DNA of 64,000 nucleotides from an uncultured Gammaproteobacteria bacterium. Its GTDB lineage: Bacteria; Patescibacteriota; Microgenomatia; Daviesbacterales; UBA10151. The position numbers and the translations under genes are program-made. Of this stretch, positions 45,712-55,619 are shown piece after piece. The notes below the pieces were generated by a model. It was given only the letters and a program-made list of their open reading frames with translations, made no database searches and was not told the DNA's origin. Every line of letters begins with the position of its first letter. The first letter of the stretch is position 1. The stretch covers positions 2,234 to 66,233 of the forward strand of contig CAYNFQ010000002.1 of NCBI GenBank assembly GCA_964396715.1. The letters are read 5' to 3'.

Positions 45712-47550
45712 ATGAAAATAAGCGAAGCTTTTCTACGAATAAACAAATTCTCTCCTTTAGTAATTATTGTTGCTTTACTGGGTATAGTTTGGCCTTCAAC
45801 TATTAAGGCTAACTTGTCGCAATGGCCGGCGTTTCATGGAGATTCGGCCCGAACCGGTTTTTCCGATTCCAAAATTCCCTCCTCCCCAAATGTGTTATGG
45901 GAAATAACCACCGGCCAGCTGAAAGAATATGGCGTTGATAATTTTGAAATTCACTCGCCTATAATTGATCAGAATAAGGTTTTTTTCTCCTCTGTCCAGG
46001 TATTTGCCGCTGATTTATCTTCCGGGAAAATTCTTTGGAATTATAAGGGAGACAGGCCGGATTTTTTTGCTGATACAGTCGCTGCAGGAGACGGCAAAAT
46101 TTTTGTCAGGGTGACTAATAGCAGCCTGCTTAAAAATATGTTTTCCGGCTTTATTTACGCTTTTGATGAGGAAACAGGCAAACTTCTTTGGAAATATCAA
46201 ACTAAAAAACAAATTTCTCACTCCAATCCGCTCTTTGCTGAAGGTAAGGTGTTTGTTGGTGACGAGTCAGGCACTGTGTATGCCATTGAGGCTAACAGCG
46301 GTAAGTTAGTCTGGCAAAAGCAACTAGAGGCGTTGTGGATTCATTCTTCCCCGGCTTATGAGCAAGGAGTAATTTATGTGGGAACTGAAACATCAGATAT
46401 AGGAGACGGAAAGACAGGCAGAGGATCTTTCCTTTATGCTCTGGGTGCCAAAGACGGCAGGGTGCTTTGGCGTTTTGAGAGTGACTGGAGGGGTTATGAC
46501 ATGGCTAATTTTATTCATGGCACACCGGCGGTTTTAGATGATGCAGTTTATTTTGGGTCGGAAAACGGCTATTTTTATGCCTTGAACAAAGATAGCGGAC
46601 AACTCATCTGGAAAAAGATTATTACCAAAGGGACAAGGACTTTTGCTCGGGAAGCAGAAGGGTCAGGTCTGGTCGGAGTCTCAACCGCGCCTGCTTTGGG
46701 ATATGGGAAGATTTTTGTCGGAACCTGGGAGGGAAATTTTCTGGCACTCTCACAAAAAGACGGGGCAACTGTTTGGGAATACCCATATGGTACAGAAGGG
46801 ACTGATTCTTCAGCAGTGGTAGCTGATAAAAAAGTTTGCTTGGGTTCACACTATGAATACTTTTACTGTTTTAATGAAGGTAACGGTAAAGTCTTATGGA
46901 AAGAAAAATTAGGCGGGCCTTCAGCAGCTCTGTCAGGTGGAATCTTGGTTGTCCCCAATGCTTTGGCTGGTGAGAGTCCGGGAAGCATTCTTGTTGCCTT
47001 TTCTGATAGGGGCATACCGGGAGCTTCTAATCCAATTGTATCAATATTCTCTTTTGATAACCCGAATTTTCAAAAAGCAGTTGCCGCTATTTTGGGTTTA
47101 GTTTTAGTAGTAATTTTTTACAAGCTGTTACAATCCAGAAAAATTACCGTTAAACAGTTGTTAATTTATGGGGGAATACCTCTGGTACTTGTTGTTGCAG
47201 GATATGTCATTTATTCAAATTACATGGGGTCAAAAAAGACCGAGCAACAAGATGCTTTGATCAAAGAAGGTAAAATTGATCCAGCAACAGGTAGTTTTAT
47301 TGCAAATGACGGTTCACCCAAACATATAGAATACCAAGGCAGAAAATACTTTTTGGATGGAGGTTTCTGCTCCAGGTCAGGCCTAGAGCGTTTTAGTATT
47401 CAAGTCAAAAGGGTCAATGGAGCAGCAGGGGCAGAGGGAGGAGATGGTAATACCATGTATGCTATAGGCAGTAAAAATAACCCCGAGTATATCGGCAGCT
47501 CTAAGGCGAGCGATACCAAAAAAGATTGCTGGAAGGGAGAACCTCAATGA
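45712..47550 (+). CDS. PQQ-like beta-propeller repeat protein with C-terminal TM and Cys-containing tail
   Basis: At least seven G(K/R)(L/V)LW..... repeats. Confidence 0.6.
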   Translation: MKISEAFLRINKFSPLVIIVALLGIVWPSTIKANLSQWPAFHGDSARTGFSDSKIPSSPNVLWEITTGQLKEYGVDNFEIHSPIIDQNKVFFSSVQVFAADLSSGKILWNYKGDRPDFFADTVAAGDGKIFVRVTNSSLLKNMFSGFIYAFDEETGKLLWKYQTKKQISHSNPLFAEGKVFVGDESGTVYAIEANSGKLVWQKQLEALWIHSSPAYEQGVIYVGTETSDIGDGKTGRGSFLYALGAKDGRVLWRFESDWRGYDMANFIHGTPAVLDDAVYFGSENGYFYALNKDSGQLIWKKIITKGTRTFAREAEGSGLVGVSTAPALGYGKIFVGTWEGNFLALSQKDGATVWEYPYGTEGTDSSAVVADKKVCLGSHYEYFYCFNEGNGKVLWKEKLGGPSAALSGGILVVPNALAGESPGSILVAFSDRGIPGASNPIVSIFSFDNPNFQKAVAAILGLVLVVIFYKLLQSRKITVKQLLIYGGIPLVLVVAGYVIYSNYMGSKKTEQQDALIKEGKIDPATGSFIANDGSPKHIEYQGRKYFLDGGFCSRSGLERFSIQVKRVNGAAGAEGGDGNTMYAIGSKNNPEYIGSSKASDTKKDCWKGEPQ

Positions 47551-48239
47551 TGCGAAAGGAAAAAGGGGTTACTCCGGTTGTGATAGTACTTAGCATAGCT
47601 TTGGTGGTAGCTTTAGCCGGAGTCGGTTATTTTTATCTCCAAACACAAAAATCCGGGTCTTCGAAAGATAATATCAAAACAGCCAAAGATGTACCTCCTC
47701 CCAAAAGGGAAGCGCCTACTCCTTTAGTAGCCCAACCTCCGGCAGACCAGATGGTTTATAAAACATTCAAAAGTGCTGATAGTCAATTCTCTTTTGACTA
47801 TCCCGTGAGTTGGACACAAATTGATATTAAAAATTTGGAAAGTATTGTTCCAAAGGAAATGATTGACAAAAATGAACTGAAAATGCCGCTTCTTTTAACA
47901 GACCCAACAGGGGGGAGACTGGTTTTTAGTACATACCGTTTTGATTCCAAGATGGATCTGGACCAGGTGATGGATTCACTAAAGGCAGATTCAGAGAGGA
48001 TGGGAGCACCATATGAGGAAATCAGCCGTAAGACAGAAGAAGAAAGTCTAGTGGTAGACGCAAAAATAAGAGCAGGCGGAGTTATCGTGATGAATAGAGA
48101 TATTGTTTTTATGGTTGCAGACAGTCCTACAAACAGTGTTTATGTTATTAGCTTAGCATCACCTGAAAATGTTTGGACAAAATTTGAAACGATTTTTGCC
48201 AAAGTTCAGTCATCTGCAAAACTAACTGTTTCGCAATAG
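47547..48239 (+). CDS. hypothetical membrane-anchored protein
   Basis: Start at MMRKEK; N-terminal TM; approximately 200-aa extracellular domain. Confidence 0.45.
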   Translation: MMRKEKGVTPVVIVLSIALVVALAGVGYFYLQTQKSGSSKDNIKTAKDVPPPKREAPTPLVAQPPADQMVYKTFKSADSQFSFDYPVSWTQIDIKNLESIVPKEMIDKNELKMPLLLTDPTGGRLVFSTYRFDSKMDLDQVMDSLKADSERMGAPYEEISRKTEEESLVVDAKIRAGGVIVMNRDIVFMVADSPTNSVYVISLASPENVWTKFETIFAKVQSSAKLTVSQ

Positions 48240-48240
48240 T

Positions 48241-50064
48241 ATGAAACTGAAAAAACTCATTGTTTTGAGTCTCCTCTTATTTAGCTTTTTCTATTCCCCC
48301 GAATCAATTTTTGCTGAAGCCAAAATTGATTCATCTTTAGGCCCTCCGGCAGGCATAATACCTAAACTGCCACAAACTGCCAATGATCCTGAACTTCTGA
48401 ATGGCCGTGTTTATCCTAATTGGGGCCCTCCTTGCCAAAGATACACTTACTCGGTTGTTTACCGCGACAAAGAGGGAAGAAAGCCGGAGTATATGAAGAT
48501 TTACTTTAACGGCAAAATGATTGACATGCAAAAGGAAAACCAAAGCGACAATGATTACAAAAAAGGGGTGAAATATATTTATAAATATGTGCCCAATAAA
48601 ATCGATTCCAACTTTTACTATTTTGAGGCCTCAAATGGGCTGGGGAAAGCTCGCGCCTCAATTATTGATTCACCTGACAATGGCCCGGTACTATTTGAGA
48701 GTGCTTTTGATAAAAACGAAATTGCCGTTGTTGATAAGCAAACAGGTAAAAAAGTGTTAAGTTTTCCTACAGGAAAAGAGTGGATTGGAGGGGTAGCTTT
48801 ATCTGATGATGGAAAGTTATTGGCAGTTAAAACTTCACAGCATGTTTATCTTTTTGATACTTCAAAACCAAATAAGCCTTTATGGCAGTTTAACTGCGAA
48901 CAATGCAGAATTGGTGAAGATGTCAAGGGCGGGGTTGATATTTCCGGCGATGGGTCAAAAATCATTGCCGCTTTTGGGGAAAAGGTGGCGCTTTTTTATA
49001 AATCAAGCAGTAAACCCATCTGGATATATTCCGGCGGAAATTCTTATAATGTGGCCATCTCCAAAGATGGAAAATACATGGCCGCAGCCACAGCTGGAGA
49101 TGAAGCAGACCTTAATGCAAACCTGATTATTTTATGGAATGGCAAAAGCGAAAAACCGCTTTGGCAATACCATGCTGCCGGCAATTTCCATGATGTTTCA
49201 CTGTCTGATGATGGCAGTTTTATCACCGGATCAACCGGTTGTCCGGACAGACGTTTTTACCTTTTTTCTAAAGACTCCAATAAGCCGATAATAAGAACAG
49301 AACCATTAACCCGCGACTCGCCTGTTCATCGGGCAAAAATATCAGCTGATGGAATGCTGACGGCAGTTGGCAGTGAGGCAGATGACGGCGCGGTGTTTCT
49401 TTTTTCCAAAGATTCCAAAAATCCGGTTTGGAAATTCTCAACACCCCAGCGGAGTTCTGTCAGAGCCTTAAACTTTACTCCCAATGGTAAATATATCGGG
49501 GCGGCCACTTTTGGCGGAGATGCCTATATTTTTGACAAAGATAAAAATAGCCCGATTGCTTCTTGGAAAGTAAATGCATCTTTGGGGGGTATAGATATTG
49601 CCGATGATGGCAGTTTCATTGCAACAGGCGGAACCGACAGCAAGCTTCACATTTTTGATAAAAATTCAAAAAAAGAGATAACAATTCCTTTTAGCGAATA
49701 CATTGAAGAAATAGATATTTCGGCAAACGGCAAATATATTGCGGCAGGAACAGGTGGATCTGTTTACTTTTTTGAGACCTACATATCCCAAGACCGGGAA
49801 CAGGTTTTTGACTGCTCAAAAGTAATTGAGCCCACTTCGGAAAGCCAAATGATAGGTGGAGGGAGTTTCGGTGAACCAGGCCAATTAAGTTTTTGGGGAA
49901 GAATTGTCAGGTTTGTTAAAAATTTATTTGTAAAGAGTGAGAACTCCCCACCAGAACAGGCATTTCCCAAAGGCGAAGAAAGTGTCTGCGGCAATGATCT
50001 GTGTGAACCTTCCTTGGGTGAGACGAGGGAAAATTGTCCTAAGGATTGTACAGGTGAAGATTAA
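48241..50064 (+). CDS. secreted beta-propeller (WD40/PQQ-like) repeat protein with Cys-rich C-terminus
   Basis: Signal peptide; repeated GKY(I/M)AA.T / DGSFI.TGG units; C-terminal CGNDLCEPS...CPKDCTG. Confidence 0.5.
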   Translation: MKLKKLIVLSLLLFSFFYSPESIFAEAKIDSSLGPPAGIIPKLPQTANDPELLNGRVYPNWGPPCQRYTYSVVYRDKEGRKPEYMKIYFNGKMIDMQKENQSDNDYKKGVKYIYKYVPNKIDSNFYYFEASNGLGKARASIIDSPDNGPVLFESAFDKNEIAVVDKQTGKKVLSFPTGKEWIGGVALSDDGKLLAVKTSQHVYLFDTSKPNKPLWQFNCEQCRIGEDVKGGVDISGDGSKIIAAFGEKVALFYKSSSKPIWIYSGGNSYNVAISKDGKYMAAATAGDEADLNANLIILWNGKSEKPLWQYHAAGNFHDVSLSDDGSFITGSTGCPDRRFYLFSKDSNKPIIRTEPLTRDSPVHRAKISADGMLTAVGSEADDGAVFLFSKDSKNPVWKFSTPQRSSVRALNFTPNGKYIGAATFGGDAYIFDKDKNSPIASWKVNASLGGIDIADDGSFIATGGTDSKLHIFDKNSKKEITIPFSEYIEEIDISANGKYIAAGTGGSVYFFETYISQDREQVFDCSKVIEPTSESQMIGGGSFGEPGQLSFWGRIVRFVKNLFVKSENSPPEQAFPKGEESVCGNDLCEPSLGETRENCPKDCTGED

Positions 50065-50477
50065 ACTTTTCCTTTGCGCCTCAAATATTCAAACCAAAGG
50101 TTATAGATAACTATCGGTACTGCCAACACCAACAGTATGCTGTAGTGGCTACGAGAACCTAAATATCCAAAATACGGCAACAGAAAGGTGATATATAAAT
50201 CATAAGTGGCAAAAGCGATAACCAAATTAGTCAGAACTATCTCTTCCCCTTTTGGCAGGTGCTCAAACCTTTCTGTTATCCAACCAAAGATTCTGACTGC
50301 CAAATAAAAAATAGCCAAAGCTATTGGCGCCAGAACCCATAAAGCATTAATACCGAACGTTTCCACCACAGGTCTCCATAAAGGATTACCCTCTGCTCCT
50401 TTTTGATAAGTCAGAAAAGCATCCCAGAAGACAAGGAGTGTTAGCAGTAGCCAGCCGATACTTTTGGGCAGTACCAT
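50061..50477 (-). CDS. hypothetical 4-TM membrane protein
   Basis: 138 aa, hydrophobic. Confidence 0.35.
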   Translation of the reverse strand: MVLPKSIGWLLLTLLVFWDAFLTYQKGAEGNPLWRPVVETFGINALWVLAPIALAIFYLAVRIFGWITERFEHLPKGEEIVLTNLVIAFATYDLYITFLLPYFGYLGSRSHYSILLVLAVPIVIYNLWFEYLRRKGKV

Positions 50478-50686
50478 AATATTCTTTTATTATATCCTAT
50501 TTTGCTATAATTTAGAGTAAACAAGTGCCGGTTTGACCTGTCGTACGTCGCCAAAGGCTATGCCGACGGCGCGAGAGAGAGGAGCAACAAGTTGTTCTAA
50601 TTGCTCCTTGAAATAATTTCCAACATAGTCAACCAGGCACCGCCACTTTACACATTTAATTTTTAGAGTTACACTTTAAAAAGATT

Positions 50687-51262
50687 ATGCCCCAAGCAAC
50701 TAAAAAAGTTCAGGCAAAAAAACAGCCGGCTGATACAGGTCCTCTCCACCCCAAAATCATGGAGGCAGGAGAGGTCAGAACCTTACTTTCCTGGGAAGCG
50801 CCATCCAGGCCTTTCAGAAAAAAAGACCGTTCCTACTATACCACCATTGCCATTATTGTCATGTTACTAATCCTGATAGCCTTTCTTTTTAGGGAATTTC
50901 TGCTGATCGGTGCCATTTTGGCTTTAATGTTTGTAGCATATGTTTTGGCCTTTGTTCCCCCGCACAATATCAAATATAGAATCTCCACCCAAGGAGTAAC
51001 TATTGGTAATGATTTTTACTTCTGGCATTTTTTAGATGCTTTTTGGTTTAAGGAAAAAGAAGGTGCAAAAATTTTAATTATTCAGACCAGGTTTAGATTT
51101 CCCGGTCAGCTGATGCTGGTACTGGCGGATCAGGACGAAGAGAAGGTGAAAAAGATTGTGGCTCGCTTTTTGCCATTTGTGGAAGTGCCGTATAAATCCT
51201 GGATGGAAAAATGGTCAGAATCTTTGCAGAAAAACTTCCCGCTGGAAAATATTCACCGTTGA
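50687..51262 (+). CDS. hypothetical two-TM membrane protein
   Basis: 191 aa. Confidence 0.35.
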   Translation: MPQATKKVQAKKQPADTGPLHPKIMEAGEVRTLLSWEAPSRPFRKKDRSYYTTIAIIVMLLILIAFLFREFLLIGAILALMFVAYVLAFVPPHNIKYRISTQGVTIGNDFYFWHFLDAFWFKEKEGAKILIIQTRFRFPGQLMLVLADQDEEKVKKIVARFLPFVEVPYKSWMEKWSESLQKNFPLENIHR

Positions 51263-51328
51263 CTTTATTAAGATCTTTTGCTAGACTAATTATTAGACCA
51301 ATAACTAGACTAATAATAGACTGATTCT

Positions 51329-52546
51329 ATGAATAACATAGCTACACAAAAACCATTTGTACACACCTTTTTATCCCAACTGGTATTTACACCCAGTTTA
51401 TTGCCATTTACCGATGAGGAAATTAAAAAAGTAGATAGTCAGTTAGGGGAGTATGAGCAGGTGTTTTTAAACCCGGATATTGAAAGAAACCTGATTAGCA
51501 GAAATGAATTATTAGCCTCATTTGCCATCTCTAAAGCAGAGAATTCCTCCTTAACCTTACAAGAAGCTAAAGATGTCTATAATGTGATCTTGGCTAACAA
51601 AGAATACACTTTTATCAGTGATAAACTCAAAGCAAATCAAAAACTAACAAGGAAAGATTATGAGAAACTGGAGTTTTTCAATATCGCTAAAACCTTCCGC
51701 AGTTTAAACCAATCGACGCTAAAAATTGATGATGTCGCACCGGATACATTGCGGGATATTCATCACAGTTTAAGTAAAGGGTTAGATATTTTTGCCAAGT
51801 ATCTACCCGAGTTTACTGTCTATAAAGCTGGTAGATATAGGGATAATGATTTAATCAGGGTAGGCACATATATTCCAGCCCCGTACAAAGAAATTGAAAA
51901 AGGCGTAGAGGAATTACTAAGCTGGTTTAAAGAACATAAAACAATTACTGGTGTGGCGCTGTTTCATACTGCGCTTTATGCACTCCATGCCTTTAATAAT
52001 GGGAATAAAAGGGTTTGTAGGGTTTTAGAGCACCTTTTTTTCCGTGATCTGGGTATTAATCAAAAAAACCTTTATAGCACCTCATACTATTACCATAAGC
52101 AGAAAGAGAGGTATTATAAATACCTGTTATATTCCCTTGAGAGGAAGAACCTAAACCACTTTGTTTCTTTTGTCCAGGAAGCACTGGTACTGTCTATGAT
52201 TGATGTGGTGAAACTGAGTCTTGAAGCAAAACGGAATGAGTTTCTTGAAAGACAAGATGCTGAAACCCAAATTAAATCAATTCTTAAGCCATTAATAAAA
52301 CGGTCTGAGCTGCAGTTTAAGAATCTCTTCAAACACAGTAAAGGCAAAATTGCCAGACAAACATTTGTTAATTACCTACAAAGGGTAACTAATGAGGGAA
52401 TAATTACAAAACGGGAAGCAGGTAGAACTACATATTATGGTTTTAATCTCAAGACTCCACAGCCAGAGGAAGAAACATTGAAAGAATGGCTTACGTTTGC
52501 CAAAGAAAGACTCCCCTTTATACCTGATGATATAAAATTAATGTGA
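51329..52546 (+). CDS. Fic/DOC-family protein with degenerate Fic motif
   Basis: HAFNNGNKRVCR resembles HPFx(D/E)GNGR. Confidence 0.5.
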   Translation: MNNIATQKPFVHTFLSQLVFTPSLLPFTDEEIKKVDSQLGEYEQVFLNPDIERNLISRNELLASFAISKAENSSLTLQEAKDVYNVILANKEYTFISDKLKANQKLTRKDYEKLEFFNIAKTFRSLNQSTLKIDDVAPDTLRDIHHSLSKGLDIFAKYLPEFTVYKAGRYRDNDLIRVGTYIPAPYKEIEKGVEELLSWFKEHKTITGVALFHTALYALHAFNNGNKRVCRVLEHLFFRDLGINQKNLYSTSYYYHKQKERYYKYLLYSLERKNLNHFVSFVQEALVLSMIDVVKLSLEAKRNEFLERQDAETQIKSILKPLIKRSELQFKNLFKHSKGKIARQTFVNYLQRVTNEGIITKREAGRTTYYGFNLKTPQPEEETLKEWLTFAKERLPFIPDDIKLM

Positions 52547-52616
52547 TTTCACGGAAAAAATTTAGTCCGGAAAATTGTTTAAAGTTTCCAGCTACAGTAT
52601 AATCTACAGCGTATAA

Positions 52617-52688
52617 GCCCTCGTAGGCTAACGGATAAACCTCGAGCTTGCGGAGTTCGTAATGTGGGTTCGATTCCCGCCGAGGGCG
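52617..52688 (+). tRNA. probable tRNA-Arg (anticodon GCG by hand fold; weak D-stem)
   Basis: Acceptor GCCCTCG/CGAGGGC, T-arm GTGGG-TTCGATT-CCCGC, anticodon stem CGAGC/GTTCG with loop TTGCGGA. D-stem only 3/4 pairs, so the isotype is uncertain. Confidence 0.45.
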
Positions 52689-52693
52689 CTTAA

Positions 52694-52775
52694 GGAGGGT
52701 GGACTGGACGGTAAAGTAATGGTTTCGAAAACCATCGGGCGTAAGCCCTAGCAGGTTCGACTCCTGCACCCTCCG
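52694..52775 (+). tRNA. tRNA-Ser(CGA)
   Basis: Acceptor GGAGGGT/ACCCTCC, anticodon arm ATGGT-TTCGAAA-ACCAT, long variable arm, T-arm GCAGG-TTCGACT-CCTGC; position 8 is G (unusual). Confidence 0.55.
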
Positions 52776-52792
52776 CTACATCAGCTAAGTGA

Positions 52793-53017
52793 TTAAAATG
52801 TGGTGGTTTGCGAATATATGGGATTTAACAATAAAATTAGTATGAGAGAAATAACCATTAAAACTAATGGTAGAGAAATAACAATTTTAACCCATGTTGG
52901 CCATCTTATCTTCCAAAACCACATCACGATTATCCCAATAGGATAAAGAAATACCAACAGTAATACTGTCACTAGCATTCTGGTATCTGTAGATACTTCA
53001 TTTTGTGGCTGTGTCAT
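52793..53017 (-). CDS. hypothetical small two-TM membrane protein
   Basis: 74 aa. Confidence 0.3.
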   Translation of the reverse strand: MTQPQNEVSTDTRMLVTVLLLVFLYPIGIIVMWFWKIRWPTWVKIVISLPLVLMVISLILILLLNPIYSQTTTF

Positions 53018-53124
53018 TTAAGTTTAATTATCGATTAAGCGTAACCTAATGTCAAACATGATTTTGTCCAGTAATCTGTAATCAGAATCCTTGACAAGCT
53101 GTAATAATCCTGTAATTATTATAT

Positions 53125-53319
53125 ATGAAACAACTGATTGCTGATGAAGAATTTGTTAGTATCCAGCAAGCTCAAGCTCGTTTAACTAGAATAATTAAAG
53201 AGGCAGAGAGAAAAGGTAAAATACTTAGGATTATGAGAAATAATGAATCTTTAGGGGTACTTATTCCAAATAAAATCTTCTTAAAATTTGTTAAACTTCT
53301 GGAGACTTTATCCGTATAA
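53125..53319 (+). CDS. Phd/YefM-like antitoxin-family small protein, copy 1
   Basis: 64 aa. About 90% identical to 54226..54417. Preceded by TTGACA...TATTATAT promoter-like sequence. Confidence 0.45.
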   Translation: MKQLIADEEFVSIQQAQARLTRIIKEAERKGKILRIMRNNESLGVLIPNKIFLKFVKLLETLSV

Positions 53320-53348
53320 AATGAAAAGAGAATTTTCTGCCAGTGGGT

Positions 53349-53750
53349 TTATTTTTCCAGTCTTTCAATTTGGGGAAATTTATCAAAATCCTCATCAAAA
53401 GAATAAATTTGCTTGACTTTTTTCTTCTGCATAAAGACTGCATTATAGGCATCAGTTAAACTAATATTTTTCTCAACATAGTATTCAAAGATGATATCTA
53501 AAAGACCTTTTTGCTCTACAAGCACATTTTCCAAATGAAAAATAGGCAGCAATTTCTCGGCAATTTCTTTTTTGGGTAATTTAATGGAATTTTGCAATAC
53601 AAATACTACCTCAAGAATAGTGGGCCAGGAAATATAAACTTTGACCTCGCCCCTGTCAATTTTTTCAATAATCTCTTCTGCTTTAGGAGAATAAATAGGG
53701 TGATCTTTGAGAATAAACCTAAGAATGATGTTTGTGTCTAAAAATATCAT
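53349..53750 (-). CDS. vapC: PIN-domain toxin VapC
   Basis: IFLDTNIIL...D PIN motifs. Confidence 0.7.
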   Translation of the reverse strand: MIFLDTNIILRFILKDHPIYSPKAEEIIEKIDRGEVKVYISWPTILEVVFVLQNSIKLPKKEIAEKLLPIFHLENVLVEQKGLLDIIFEYYVEKNISLTDAYNAVFMQKKKVKQIYSFDEDFDKFPQIERLEK

Positions 53751-54037
53751 CTATTTTTACTTTTTAAATCTCTCTCCACAGCAGCTTCAGGCCAAACCTG
53801 TTCTTCCTTTTTGATAATTTTATAAATGTCATCTGTTTTCTTATATTTAATCCTTGGTTTTAAAGAGCCATAAAGCGACATGATGGAGAATTTTTTAGCC
53901 GGTTTTAATTGAGCTGCTTTCTTGCCTGTTAGACTGAATTTAACCTGATCGCCTCTTTTTAAGCCTAAGGTTCTTCTAATGAGAGAGGGAATTGTGACTT
54001 GCCCTTTTTGAGTAACGGTGGTAAGTTGTATCTGCAT
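53747..54037 (-). CDS. vapB: AbrB/MazE-type antitoxin VapB
   Basis: KGQVTIPSLIRRTLGLKRGDQV. Confidence 0.6.
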   Translation of the reverse strand: MQIQLTTVTQKGQVTIPSLIRRTLGLKRGDQVKFSLTGKKAAQLKPAKKFSIMSLYGSLKPRIKYKKTDDIYKIIKKEEQVWPEAAVERDLKSKNR

Positions 54038-54225
54038 AGTAATACCTATTTTATAGTAATACTAAATGTTTGTCAATCCTTCAACCCTTCAATAAAATTC
54101 AGGGTTGTCCTGAGGGATTCGAAGGACAACAAGTTCAGGATTGACCCTGAGTGGAATCGAATGGGTCAATGGTATAATGCTTGGATGCTTGACAAACTGT
54201 AAGGATTCTGTAATAATTATTACAT

Positions 54226-54417
54226 ATGAGACAATTAATCGCTGATGAAGAATTTATCAGTATACAGCAAGCTCAAGCTGGTTTAACAAAAATAATTAAA
54301 GAAGCAGAGAGAAAAGGTAAGATATTGAGGATTATGAGAAATAATGAATCTTTAGGGGTACTTATTCCAAATAAAATCTTCTTAAAATTTGTAAAACTTC
54401 TGGAATCTTTATCTTAA
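54226..54417 (+). CDS. Phd/YefM-like antitoxin-family small protein, copy 2
   Basis: Paralog of 53125..53319 with the same upstream promoter-like sequence. Confidence 0.45.
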   Translation: MRQLIADEEFISIQQAQAGLTKIIKEAERKGKILRIMRNNESLGVLIPNKIFLKFVKLLESLS

Positions 54418-54418
54418 T

Positions 54419-54823
54419 ATGAAACGGGAATTTTCTGCTGGTGGAATAGTTTTTAATGAGGCTGGTCAAGTGCTTTTGACCAAGCATTCTCAAAATCACC
54501 ACTGGAGTTTTCCCAAGGGTTTAATTGACCCCGGACAAACTTCCGAGCAGGCAGCCTTAAGAGAGGTCAAAGAAGAAGGTGGGGTGGAAGCGCAAATTTT
54601 AGGCAAAGTTGGTTATTCAAAGTATGTTTATAGCCATAAAGGTGAGAAGATCTTTAAAGTGGTGACTTATTTTTTAATGAAATATTTATCCGGTGATCCC
54701 AAGGATCATGACTGGGAAGTTGAGGAAGCTGGTTGGTTTGAGGTTGATGAAGCGTTAAAGCAACTAACTTTTTCTCAAGACAAAGCATTATTTAAAAAAG
54801 CTCTTCAAATATATGGCAAGTGA
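54419..54823 (+). CDS. NUDIX hydrolase
   Basis: Nudix box ...GLIDPGQTSEQAALREVKEEGGV... Confidence 0.8.
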   Translation: MKREFSAGGIVFNEAGQVLLTKHSQNHHWSFPKGLIDPGQTSEQAALREVKEEGGVEAQILGKVGYSKYVYSHKGEKIFKVVTYFLMKYLSGDPKDHDWEVEEAGWFEVDEALKQLTFSQDKALFKKALQIYGK

Positions 54824-55451
54824 CCAATTTGTATCTCGTGGTGGGGAGAAGCTTCAGGCAGCAATTGAAAATTGGAAGCTAAATTTGGAAAATTTGACTT
54901 GTTTGGATGTGGGTTCCTCTACTGGCGGATTTGTGGATTGCCTTTTGCAAAATGGGGCCAAAAAAGTTTATGCCCTGGATACTGCATATGGGGAATTAGC
55001 CTGGAAACTTCGCAATGATGAAAGAGTGGTAGTAATGGAGCGAGTCAATATCCTGCATCTTGAAAGCCTTCCTTCTTCCGTCATGGCGAGGAGTATAGCG
55101 ACGAAGCAATCTAGAAAAGAGATTACCACGCTTCCTGTGGTCGCTCGCAATGACAATGTGAGAGTGGACTTAATTACTATAGATGCTGGCTGGACAAAAT
55201 TAGAGTTGGTTTTACCTGTTGTAAAAAAGTTTTTAAAGCCAGGTGGCACAATTATTGCATTAGTTAAACCGCACTATGAAGCTGATAAGAAGTTGCTGGT
55301 AAAAGGGGTTTTGACTCCAGAAATTGCAGAACAAGTTAAAAATGAGGTTTTGAAATGGTTACAGGTTTTAGGTTTTAGGTTACAGGGTGAAATGGAATCT
55401 CCGATTTTAGGTGGGGGAGGGAATAAGGAATATTTACTTCTAATTAGCTAG
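54813..55451 (+). CDS. TlyA-like FtsJ-family rRNA 2'-O-methyltransferase (no S4 domain) with about 25-aa insertion
   Basis: FVSRGGEKL...LDVGSSTGGFVDCLLQNGAKKVYALDTAYGEL matches TlyA. A palindromic DNA segment at about 55066-55165 adds an extra peptide between conserved blocks. Confidence 0.65.
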   Translation: MASDQFVSRGGEKLQAAIENWKLNLENLTCLDVGSSTGGFVDCLLQNGAKKVYALDTAYGELAWKLRNDERVVVMERVNILHLESLPSSVMARSIATKQSRKEITTLPVVARNDNVRVDLITIDAGWTKLELVLPVVKKFLKPGGTIIALVKPHYEADKKLLVKGVLTPEIAEQVKNEVLKWLQVLGFRLQGEMESPILGGGGNKEYLLLIS

Positions 55452-55538
55452 CGGAGAGGGAGGGATTTGAACCCTCGATACCCTTGCGGATATGCGATCT
55501 TTCCAAGATCGTGCACTAGGCCACTATGCGACCTCTCC
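55452..55538 (-). tRNA. tRNA-Ser(GGA)
   Basis: Minus strand: acceptor GGAGAGG/CCTCTCC, anticodon arm CGATC-TTGGAAA-GATCG, long variable arm, T-loop TTCAAAT. Confidence 0.75.
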
Positions 55539-55619
55539 AGGTTTCCATATTATACCAATCCAAGGCTTGACAAGCTAGAATGCATATATTAGTATGTACA
55601 TACCAAAGATGTACTAGAT

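Noticed and set aside
50500-50690. GC-rich hairpin-containing intergenic region as an ncRNA or riboswitch
   Set aside because: Two hairpins are visible, but no match to any class I can recognise; insufficient evidence.
52518-52769. 83-aa minus-strand ORF
   Set aside because: Overlaps two tRNA genes on the opposite strand.
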